From assembly GCF_001194135.2 (NCBI RefSeq), contig NC_069006.1:25979054-26043053 (forward strand): a stretch of 64,000 nt of DNA, in the 5' to 3' direction. Each line of letters opens with the position of its first letter. Positions within the stretch are counted from its first letter, which is position 1. Both the position numbers and the translations under genes were made by a program. Below the pieces are notes generated by a model that searched no databases, was not told the origin of the DNA, and saw only the letters and a program-made list of their open reading frames with translations. This document shows positions 23,921 to 34,260 of this stretch, one piece after another. The stretch is from Octopus bimaculoides (lineage: Eukaryota).

Positions 23921-24556
23921 NNNNNNNNNNNNNNNNNNNNNNNNNNNNNNNNNNNNNNNNNNNNNNNNNNNNNNNNNNNNNNNNNNNNNNNNNNNNNNNN
24001 NNNNNNNNNNNNNNNNNNNNNNNNNNNNNNNNNNNNNNNNNNNNNNNNNNNNNNNNNNNNNNNNNNNNNNNNNNNNNNNNNNNNNNNNNNNNNNNNNNNN
24101 NNNNNNNNNNNNNNNNNNNNNNNNNNNNNNNNNNNNNNNNNNNNNNNNNNNNNNNNNNNNNNNNNNNNNNNNNNNNNNNNNNNNNNNNNNNNNNNNNNNN
24201 NNNNNNNNNNNNNNNNNNNNNNNNNNNNNNNNNNNNNNNNNNNNNNNNNNNNNNNNNNNNNNNNNNNNNNNNNNNNNNNNNNNNNNNNNNNNNNNNNNNN
24301 NNNNNNNNNNNNNNNNNNNNNNNNNNNNNNNNNNNNNNNNNNNNNNNNNNNNNNNNNNNNNNNNNNNNNNNNNNNNNNNNNNNNNNNNNNNNNNNNNNNN
24401 NNNNNNNNNNNNNNNNNNNNNNNNNNNNNNNNNNNNNNNNNNNNNNNNNNNNNNNNNNNNNNNNNNNNNNNNNNNNNNNNNNNNNNNNNNNNNNNNNNNN
24501 NNNNNNNNNNNNNNNNNNNNNNNNNNNNNNNNNNNNNNNNNNNNNNNNNNNNNNNN

Positions 24557-24608
<52 letters not shown>

Positions 24609-24727
24609 CACACACACAGAGGTATGTATATATATATGCATACATATATGTACATATATACATACACATATGTATATGTATGCCTATGTTTATGTGTATT
24701 TATACAAATGTGTGTGTATTGGTATAT

Positions 24728-24774
<47 letters not shown>

Positions 24775-24826
24775 CATATACATTTATATGCATCTATAGA
24801 CATATATATATATATACAATATACCA

Positions 24827-25060
24827 GAGTAAGTACATAATTGTGAAACAAGGTGGGCAAAAATTGTACTCGAATACCAAAGGTAGAGTAATATGCTTTC
24901 TTATTATTAAAGCTGGAAAAATATCAGAAAAATCTGCTCCTCAGAGTTTCACAAACCCATTCATTGAACAGTCTAAACTGTCTGACAAATGGGAACGTGA
25001 AACTCTGAAGAGCAGTCTTTCGTCATATTTTTGTGATGCTTTTTGCAGCTTTAATAATAA
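24827..25060 (-). mobile_element. Penelope-like terminal repeat, family E, with fold-back duplication
   Basis: GAGTAAGTACATAATTGTGAAACAAGGTGG..GGTAGAGTAATATGCTTT shared with 36500 and (inverted) 39640; inverted arms TTATTATTAAAGCTG (24901-24915) / CAGCTTTAATAATAA (25046-25060), centred on a CTAA loop at 24973-24976. Confidence 0.7.
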
Positions 25061-25939
25061 TAATAATAATAATAATAATTATTATAATTATAATAATTAT
25101 AATAATAAAGGATATATATATATCCCAGAATGAAGCCGCTTCCCCTTCCACTTCCCTTCCCACTCAGCTGTAGGGGATTTTACACTTTCAGTCTGCATGG
25201 TGACCTCACTGGTGCTGGTACTGTCAACTAAAATGGCCAGTGCACACCATAAAGTGGTTGGCATTTGCGTCTACATGCATCTGCATCTGTATGCTGCACA
25301 CGTGTACAGATAAGCATTTGTGTTGATTGATTCAATATAATTATGGTGCATCTCAAGGCATTGCTTAGGTCAGTCGATTCCAATTGAACGTAGCTGTACA
25401 TGTGTACACTTAAAGATAGACTGGTCGGTTGTAAGGGAAACATTTAATTGCATAAAGATGCAACAGATGTAAGGATTTGATAACCTATTCAACCTGCATC
25501 AACAGGAAAAAAAAGTGGTAGACACAAAAATAGAAAAAACAGAAAGACGGGAAAGAAGAATGACTCTGTATTTGAAAAAGGAGCAGGCAAATAGATAAAA
25601 CCATTCCCATGATAGAAACTTGGTTTAGATTGCAAGCACTAATGAATTGGATTTGGTGGTTCCATTTCTTTACTTTGAACCAGAAAATTACCAAATCTTC
25701 TTCTTCCTTTATATTGGTGCACAACTCAAATGGATGTTTCTTTCTTTTTTCTATTTTCATTTTTCTTGACTGGTTTACAAACATATCTTTATAACGCATG
25801 TGTATATACCTTTGTACAACACCTCTGCCATCATTTCATCATTACCATCTCGTACATGTACATATGTTTGTGTGTGTGTGTGTGAATGTATATGTGTATA
25901 TATATATATATATGTATATATATTATATACACATATGTA

Positions 25940-26150
25940 TATGACCACCTCCGTCCAGCCGGCTGCCATGATTGACTGCTAGCCGCTAAAGCTTTTTATA
26001 TTCTCTCTGTTTATTTCCTTGTGTTCCTCTCTATTGAAGAGCGTAGGCTCGAAACGTAAAAGACTTTCTCACTTCCCGAGTGTTAAACTAATACACCTGC
26101 TTGTTGTTTATACACCTGTCTTCGTCTTTTGTCTTTTTGTAAATTCCAAC
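25940..26150 (+). mobile_element. Penelope-like terminal repeat, family F, with degenerate hammerhead-like motif
   Basis: CTATTGAA GAGC-GTAG-GCTC GAAA CG TA AAAG at 26031-26062; embedded between (TA)n tracts; related to 63880-64000. Confidence 0.6.
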
Positions 26151-26185
<35 letters not shown>

Positions 26186-26200
26186 ATATATGCATGTGTA

Positions 26201-26242
<42 letters not shown>

Positions 26243-26729
26243 CACACACATACTATACGCACACATATAAATGTCTGCATGTGTGTGTGTGCCTAGAATG
26301 GACCACTTGTTTGATTAAGTCCACGTAAACAAACCCTGTTTTTACGACAAGGAATCGGTGTAACGCTGGCAAACAATTTCTGAATGGAATCACAAGAGGG
26401 AAAATGCTGAATGCATCTCTCTGTCCTCTGCCACAAATAACCTGAAGAAGAGTCTTTGAGAAAATAAGTTAATTTTCTTTCTTTCCTGGCACCAATTAAT
26501 ATTCCTTTATGAAATGAAACCCATAAAACATAAACCAATCGGCCCCAGTCCTGGCTGTTTACTAGATTAATATCTAAACTGAACCCTCGGTGAAAGGTTC
26601 AACTCACTGAGCTGTGCAAATTGATGCCATATTATGTTAAAGTGCTGCACCAGGAAAGACAGGAGGATGCAACCACAGAGACGGAATCATTTCTTATCTG
26701 TTTACCATTATTTCCTTGGGCCATTACAG

Positions 26730-26912
26730 ATGCACGCTTGAGTTCAGAAGTGGAGATTTTCCCTTCTGAGACAAATTCCAGTTCAACCTTGCCACCACCA
26801 CCACCACCACCACCACCACTGCTGCTGCTGCCACCGCCACCTCCGTCACCATTAGGTCTCAGGGATTCGAAAGAAGGCGATCTCGTTTTCGCCGATGACT
26901 CATACTTCACAG
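26730..26912 (+). other. Candidate internal exon (183 nt, phase 1-1 open frame)
   Basis: Pyrimidine-rich acceptor ..TTATTTCCTTGGGCCATTACAG at 26729; donor CAG|GTGATG at 26912/26913 (modest); open frame ARLSSEVEIFPSETNSSSTLPPPPPPPPPLLLLPPPPPSPLGLRDSKEGDLVFADDSYFT; no recognised domain. Confidence 0.3.
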
Positions 26913-26920
26913 GTGATGTT

Positions 26921-27180
26921 TATCATCATCATCATCACCACAACCACCATCACCACTACCACCACCACCACCACCACCACCGGCAACAACAACAAATACA
27001 TAACTATATCGTGATCCCATCGCTACCACCATCATTATCATTACAACCCCCTTTGTCATCACCACCACCACCACAGCCATCATCATTATCACCACCATCA
27101 CTGCTACCCCCAGCACTACCATCACCTCCATCATCGTCATTACCACCTCTCCATCATCATAATCATTATCATTATCATAT
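26921..27180. repeat. (CAT/CAC)n trinucleotide field
   Basis: Direct inspection. Confidence 0.9.
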
Positions 27181-27385
27181 TGCAAAAATAGAATTTCAAG
27201 TATCAGATTGTATTTTTTTATTATTATTTTTTTCCCCCCAGAGTTGTTATTTTAAATCTTTTGTTGTTTGTTTTTATCAAAATCTTTGTATTTTCATGGC
27301 AGACCCTTCCTTGCTCATTGTTCATAGAATTGCCTTTGAAATATATGTCACATGTCTGCTACAAGACAATACTTAGCCACATCAC

Positions 27386-27440
27386 AATCATCATCATCAT
27401 TGTTTAACATCCGTTTTCCATGCTGGTATGGATTGGACCC
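27386..27440 (-). mobile_element. Family D tail fragment
   Basis: CATCATCATTGTTTAACATCCGTTTTCCATGCTGGTATGGATTGGAC on +. Confidence 0.7.
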
Positions 27441-27655
27441 ACCCTCTAATAATAATTCTCTATATACCAGCTCACCTGAAACACAGCTTTTCATTTGTTT
27501 CTGGACTTTCTACACCTCTCCTTGTCCACATACCAACACTCCACCCAGATTACCACTGGATATACTTTCACGGATTTCACTGGACTCTTCTGTTGATATA
27601 TATATGTATATATGTACATACACACACACACGCATATATATATATACACACCCAT

Positions 27656-27882
27656 GTGTGTGTTTGTCCTCCACCACCACTTGACAACCAGTGGTGGTTT
27701 GTTTACACCTCAGTAACTTAGCAGTTTGGCAAAAAGAAACCGATGAAATAAGTACCAGGCTTTACAAAAAAAAAAAAAGTCCTGGGGTTAATTTGTTCAG
27801 CTAAACCCTTCGAGGCAGTGCCCCAGTATGACCACAGTCCAATGACCGAAGCCAGTAAAAGATTGAAGTTAAAAGATAAAAG
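27656..27882 (+). mobile_element. SINE family A, 3' half
   Basis: CTTGACAACC..GTAACTTAGCAGTTTGGCAAAAAGAAACCGATGAAATAAGTACCAGGC..CTGGGG..CCCCAGTATGACCACAGTC matches the tail of 18629-18993. Confidence 0.8.
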
Positions 27883-28881
27883 TAGGAAATAAATAAAACA
27901 ATTAAAAAATAGAAAGAAATGTGTGTGGAAATGTGTGTGTGGAAACGTGTGTGTGGAATTACCTGTTCATTGAAGCGAATCCAGTCTTGAACTGGAGTTT
28001 AAAGAATGTCTTGTTTCTTACCCAACCCCTTCCAACTTCACCAATAAACAACTGTTTGATAGGGCTGGTGGGGTGGGGGTGAGAAAGATTTGGGGATTCT
28101 TGGCTAATATACAAAGTTGACGGAGGTGAAATGAAAAGTTGATCAGTTAAGTTGCGAACCTGTTTGATCTTTGTGAAGAATTTCAAGATTATTGTCAAAA
28201 GGCATCCATCAATAATTCTTTTCCTTTAATCTTCAAATAGCTTCAGATTCCCCCATTATCTGATAGGGACTGCAATCTAGTTCAACGAAAGGCGTTTATC
28301 TATAAAAAAATCTAATTGTAAGGTCAGTTGCTGCCAGTATATTTTAACCAATATTTTAAGCTGTTCCTTTGAACTGGCATCATGCTTAGCTAAAATACTT
28401 CTACAGTTATAGCAAAAGCTGTGTGTTTCAAACCAACCATTTGGAATGGAATTTCTATACCTGTATAGACCAACTGATGTGGTGGCGCTGAAGTTAAGAC
28501 ATTACCTTAATCTAGTTGAGGAATTTACATGTCAGAGTTGTGTCGATGTTAATGTCTACTTTGTTTTGTTTTTTTTATTTGATTTTATTTTTGCAACCCT
28601 TCAGAGGCAATTATTGCTTGTTAATGGCTGCACACATGAGGTGTTTGTCTAAACATAAAGAAGGCAAATTTCTTTAGAAAGAAATGGTAACTACTGATGG
28701 CAGAAGATTCGGTTCCTCTGATTTCAAGATAAAAAGGAATTAAAGACCAGGAATAGGGTGTTAATACCTGAAGCAGTAGAATCCATTGTAATAATAGTAA
28801 AAAGGAGAACTCTTTCATGATTGTCTAAAAACAGGGACCAGAGTGTCCCTTTGTGTAACATAATATGCCTTCAATATGGAA

Positions 28882-29045
28882 ACAGGCATGGCTGTGTGGC
28901 AAGGAGTTTGCTTCCCAACTATATGGTTCCTGGTTCAGTCCCACTGCATGGCACCTTCGCCAAATGTCTTCTGTAGCTTCAGATTGACCAAAGCTTTCTG
29001 AGTAGGTTTGGTAGATGGAAATTGTACTGAAGCTTACTTGTGTGT
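28882..29045 (+). mobile_element. SINE family A, 5' half
   Basis: CAGGCATGGCTGTGTGGCAAGGAGTTTGCTTCCCAAC..GGTTCAGTCCCACTGC. Confidence 0.85.
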
Positions 29046-29431
29046 GCGTAGTTATATATAAACTTGACTCTACACCCAGTATTGAATCCTCCATCAGTAA
29101 ATATTCTGTTATTCTTAAACTGTTTTAAAATAATAACTTTGATTTGACATTTATATTTATTTGCGTGTGTGTGTGTGTGTTATGAATTAATAAATTTTGG
29201 CAAAAGACGTCAACAACAATGAGAAGTTGAATGAATTATTTCTCTTGAATGAAAGTCTCTTGTATTCAAGGACAGTCTCTTGCCTCTGTCTCCATCCGAA
29301 ACGATTCATGACTCACTAATTAATTAGCCCTTTACAAACCTCTGACCAACACTGCTTGCATTCATTTAAAACAAAATGAAAATAAATATTATTTTTAAAG
29401 CAGTCCAATAATAATAATGATAGTAATAATA

Positions 29432-29464
<33 letters not shown>

Positions 29465-30136
29465 GTAATAATCCACCATGTTTCTGTTTCCAGTGCACTC
29501 ACTGTTGTCACACATTACAGTGACTCTATTGTCTTCCGGGCCCTTTGTCCTTAGATGTAATGGCATTATTTAGTCTGCTGTCAAAGCCCCACAAGTTATT
29601 CAGTGTAGCCATTGTTCAGGAAATTTTGTTTAACACAGTCTCTTTCCTTCTTCCTCTCTTTCACACTCTCCCTCACTCTCTGTCTCTCTCTCTTATTAGG
29701 ACAGAGCTAGAAGATATTTAAAGTTGGCTTCCAGGTTAGGATTTAACGATAGATCTGTTTTGATGATTTGAATTTGTTTGTTAATCTTGCATGAAAATCA
29801 CAGAATCTACACAGAGAAAGATTGCAGGAGATGTGCTTCTTACAAGTACAAACTAATAAGCACTGACCTTTTCCCCTGTTGAGACTGCAGCCCGGAGGAC
29901 AAATGAGCCATGGGCCCAGGAAGCGGAGAAGGTGCAGTTGAAGCTTTTGCCATTGCAATATGATAGATTGGCTGAGATGTGTTTGACATCATCAGTAGTG
30001 AGGGGCTGGGCTGCGGCACAATGACATGAGCTTCAGTGATAAGCCAGAGTAATGTTTGAGAGTCTGTGAAGTGTACTCATGACAAAGATTATTTCTACAA
30101 ACTGAGCCACAAGAAGCTTGAGCAGTGTGTGTGTGT

Positions 30137-30298
30137 GTAGGCATGGTTTTGTGGTAAGAAGCTTGCTTCCCAACCACATGGGTCCAGGTTCAGCCCTACT
30201 GTGTGGCACCTTGCGCAAGTGTCTTCTACTATAGCCTCAGGTCAACCAAAGCCTTGTGAGTGGATTTGGTAGAGGGAAACTGAAAGAAGCTCATTGTA
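30137..30298 (+). mobile_element. SINE family A, 5' half
   Basis: GGTAAGAAGCTTGCTTCCCAACCACATGG..GGAAACTGAAAGAAGC. Confidence 0.9.
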
Positions 30299-30372
30299 AC
30301 TAGTAAAAGCTAAAGGCTGTGTGTATATGAATACATACATACATACATATGTATATATGTCTATGTATATGC

Positions 30373-30416
<44 letters not shown>

Positions 30417-30948
30417 GAATAGCCTAGTCCTAGGAGGAACTAAGAGTAAGCAGTCAACTTTTGATATAAATATCTCAATAGTCTCACCAAAATATTGAGT
30501 TTATATCAGATACAATATACTTTTGATATGTAACTCTTACATTATTACAAACATACCTATTTAGCTCTCTCTATATATAAGTGCGCACACCCACACACTT
30601 GTATATACACATATATATGTATGTGCATATATGTGTGTGTATAGTATATATATCCTTTGCATTTCTATATAATAGGTATACCCCTTACACACACACACGC
30701 ACACGAGCGCGCATCATCCCCTCCACCATTAAATAAGCTGAAAAATACCAAGAAGTATGTTTTCTCTTCATATCAACGACACTTGAGCCATTACAAAGTT
30801 ATTACAAATTTATGATTGGCTGCAAAAGATGTTGTATTTGATGAGTTTTATGAGAATATATTCATATATTCAAGATTTGGTGAGTGCATTAAGTTCACAT
30901 ACTTCACGTTATGAGCAATTTGCGTGTGCGACAATGTGTCTACACACA

Positions 30949-30987
<39 letters not shown>

Positions 30988-31284
30988 CTGTGTTTGTGTT
31001 GTATGTTGTGCAGTTTCCATCATATTTAATTTTCTCTCTGTTCCATTGTTCTAGAGCTTCATCTACTAAATTACATCAATGTTCGATTCTTTATTGACTA
31101 ATATTCCTTTTATTCCATCAATTTCCTCTTCTGGCGGTGTTTCATCATTGTGGAATATCTAAAGATTGTTCAAAGTGTGACAATACTCCACTGATATCTA
31201 ATATCTAAGTGTGTGTTTGTGTGCATATATATATATAAGATACAGAAATAATTTTATTCTCAAACGCAATAGCATGAACAGGAT

Positions 31285-31356
31285 AAACTATCCGAGACTC
31301 GAACTCACATCCCTGTGATTATACGTCAAGTTCTTTACCTTTGAGCTAAACTGCCC
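31285..31356 (-). pseudogene. Degenerate tRNA-like sequence (Ile-UAU-like), probably part of a repeat
   Basis: 72 nt GGGCAGTTTAGCTCAAAGGTAAAGAACTTGACGTATAATCACAGGGATGTGAGTTCGAGTCTCGGATAGTTT; A box, B box, loop CG-TAT-AA; acceptor stem only via G-U pairs and one mismatch. Confidence 0.5.
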
Positions 31357-31796
31357 AGTAACGAATTGTTCTGCAATTTTAGGATTTATAAATCTTTCAA
31401 TACATCTCAGCGCTTCTAAAGCAAACTTTGTTTACTTTCATCGTAAGTTGAATATATATATATATATATATATATTGTCAACAATGTACATATACATACA
31501 CACACATTAACACACATATATACAAGTGGAGGGGACTTATTACTGTATCCTTTGGATGGTGCTGGCCTTGTGTTTGTAAATATTTTCTGAAAGTCAAATT
31601 GATCCATTGATATGGTTCATTAGGTGCAGAATAAACTTAATTTAATTGATAAATGCTGTAGTAGCTTAATTTAATTTAATGCTGATATCTGCCAAATGTC
31701 ACTTAAGACAGACAATTAGTATGCGGGCTGGCTTAAGGTACCGACAACTCAGGCCCCAGCAACCCTAGGGCTGGCCCTGATTAGTATCCATTTAAT

Positions 31797-31937
31797 TTCT
31801 CAACCACATGGTTCCAGGTTCAGACACCTTGGGCAAGTGTCTTCTACTGTAGCCTCAGGCTGACCAGAGCCTTCTGAGTGGGTTTGGTAGACAGAAACTG
31901 AAAGAAGCTCATCATGTGTGTGTGTCTGTGTGCTTGT
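31797..31937 (+). mobile_element. SINE family A, 5' half with internal deletion
   Basis: CAACCACATGGTTCCAGGTTCAG-ACACCTTGGGCAAGTGTCTTC..GAAACTGAAAGAAGC. Confidence 0.85.
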
Positions 31938-32329
31938 TGGCTACATGTTAATTTAATGTATTAAGTTTACCTTTATTAATGTATATCGAATTATACATAG
32001 ATGTATATACGGGATTTACACAGGTATAAGAGTTGGAACCTGTCATCCGCTTGCAGACCATTTTCGAAAGAAATGTTTTGCCCGTTGCACTAAAACGTTT
32101 CCCTTCCCCTGCCCTAAACAGTAATTTGTCCGTCATTGGATTATAGTGATAACCTTTTGTACAACACAACTACCATTCTCTGAGGCTCTGTAATTTGTAA
32201 CTGTGATTTGTGACAGACCAAAGCGAAATGGCCAATAATCAGATTAAACCGCAAGTTTCCGAGAAGGATTCTGGGACAACAGCTCGGGGTCCATCACCTC
32301 TGGTAGTTTTACAGCGGATTTCTCTTTAG

Positions 32330-32476
32330 GGTGTCCTCATTTGTCATTCTATCTACCGAAAACCCTACGACGATGGAAGACTGGTGACATGTGCAGACGT
32401 AACCAGTTGGAACCGCACAATAAGTTCCAACTTTGTCACCTGCGCTTCAAAACATGCAGATCTGCAACGATTACAG
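32330..32476 (+). other. Candidate exon (147 nt if internal; could be part of an alternative first exon)
   Basis: Consensus donor CAG|GTAAGT at 32476/32477; acceptor TTTCTCTTTAG at 32329; repeat-free, CpG-containing context; two of three frames open. Confidence 0.5.
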
Positions 32477-32808
32477 GTAAGTTCGCCGCCATGAATTCAC
32501 TTTGAGGAAAGTTTATCAAGAAAATATATCCATTGAAAACAAAAAGACGGTGAATTGGTGACGGTGGAATTACTGGACTTCATCTGCGATGGGAGTGAAA
32601 AAGTCGTGGATGTCAAGTCAGAAATGGCATTGATAATATGGAAGCACAAGGAGACAGCAATCGTCTCTGAAGGCGGAGCAATCACCATGTGGGTGTGTTT
32701 ACCTATGTGTGGCTGGCTGGATGTACGTATATGTGTATGTACGTGTGTGTGTGTATACGAGTACGTCTGCGTGTGTGTGTGTGAGAGAGTGAGAGAGGGA
32801 GAGAGAGG

Positions 32809-32846
<38 letters not shown>

Positions 32847-33800
32847 CGTAAGCTAGATTATCCTATTCACGAAAAGGTAAAAAAAAGTCTAATTAATCGG
32901 GAGTGAAAGTCGTTTTCGAACTAGTTTCGCCGTACAAAGGGTAACAACTGCGGAGGGATAAAAGTAGCTGCAAGGGAGGTAACTCTAGGTATAGGCGTCT
33001 CGAATTACTCGGCAAGTGAAAGAATAATAAAAACTACCTGACACCTTAATTACTTACTCTCATTATATGGATTGATTATTATTAATTACAGACTATATAA
33101 TTGTTTTGTTGTCAGCAGCCCCACCACCACACATTCATTTACGGAGTTTTAAAAGTCTTTTACTGCTAAAATAGGTTGTCGAGGAATGTCTAACTTTATC
33201 GCAGAAATATAGTTTAAAAACAGGGTCCTTATTGTTGTCTCGCCCCCAAAACAATCTGTTTACCTAATTAAACAAATCAACGTTTAATTGTTAATAAAAC
33301 ATTTATGTGAGGTACATAGAAGAAGGTGTCCGATCAAAATAAAGGTGTTTTCATTTTTAAAGAACAAAAAACGAGATTACAGTTAGGGGTTGTTTTATTG
33401 TTCCCTGTTTGTAAATTCTTAACCAGCACTGAAAAATATTTCTTCTGTCCCATTTTTATCTAGACGTTTCATGAGCCTTGAGAAATTACTTCGACTTTAC
33501 TGAATCGAATTTTCCTTCTCTTATCCACGGAAAAAAAAGAGGCCGGATACATCCGACGTTTTCTGTTTGTTTATTGAGATCAAATGTTGACATGTGTAGC
33601 TTCTGTGACCGGTTATTCATTTGTTTATTTCTCTGTTATTTGAAGAAGGGCGCATTAAGAAACAGTTGAACTCAACCAAAGACTGAGTTTAAACAAACAT
33701 GTTGCTGTTGTTGCTGCCGCCGTGTTACCCCAAGTTCTGTTGAAATAAATCACCGTCAAACACAGAGTGTTGGCCAATTACCTGAGTTCTCGCTATTTTA

Positions 33801-34260
33801 CAGTTAATAGGCTGAGCTTTAAATAATTATCATTGTCATCATCTTCCTTTAAATGTCCACTTTTTCATGCTTTCATGAATTGGACAAAGTTTCCATCGTC
33901 CAAATCCAGGCACAAGGCTTTGGTTAGCCTGGAGGATACAGTAAAAGACATTTGCCCAGAATGCCATGCAGTGGGACCGAACCCAGAACCATACGGTTGG
34001 GAAATAAACTTGTTGACCACCCAGCCACGCCTGTGCTTCCATGTTTATTACGTAGTCAATAGATGGAGCTTTAATTAACAATGCATATTTGATAGACTTT
34101 AACTAAATACACACAGCTTATATATTCAACTATACCCGACTGATTGAGCCATAATTAACTATACATAGTTAATAGATTCAGCTATGAGTAATTAAAAGAA
34201 GTCAATAGGCTGGGCTTTAATTAATTCTACATCGTTAATAGATTGAGTGGTAAGATAGAC
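33801..34260. repeat. Degenerate ~35-bp TAATTA-containing minisatellite split by a SINE insertion
   Basis: Units like AGT(C/T)AATAG(A/G)(T/C)TG(A/G)GCTTTAATTAAC at 33802, 34053, about 34160 and 34200. Confidence 0.55.
33827..34036 (-). mobile_element. Chimeric SINE: family A head joined to a family D (RTE-type) tail
   Basis: Minus strand A head to GGATTTGGACGATGGAAACT, then TTGTCCAATTCATGAAAGCATGAAAAAGTGGACATTT..GATGATGAC. Confidence 0.6.

Noticed and set aside
23087-25133. Long ORFs of 300-570 aa (also 34293-35358, 46167-47184, 48684-49537, 50320-51456, 59209-59927, 61133-61828)
   Set aside because: Made of N-runs translated as X plus YI/CV/HT dipeptide repeats from microsatellites; no coding signal.
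26632-26910. Minus-strand Gly/Ser-rich ORF (92 aa)
   Set aside because: Antisense shadow of the CCA/CTG repeats; in-frame stop just upstream and no acceptor; splice signals favour +.
31724-31782. Short GC-rich inverted ends resembling a Harbinger-type MITE
   Set aside because: Arms too imperfect and no clear TSD.
32537-32700. Protein-looking ORF DGELVTVELLDFICDGSEKVVDVKSE
   Set aside because: Preceded by an in-frame TGA at 32534, no acceptor, runs into microsatellite, and no recognisable family.
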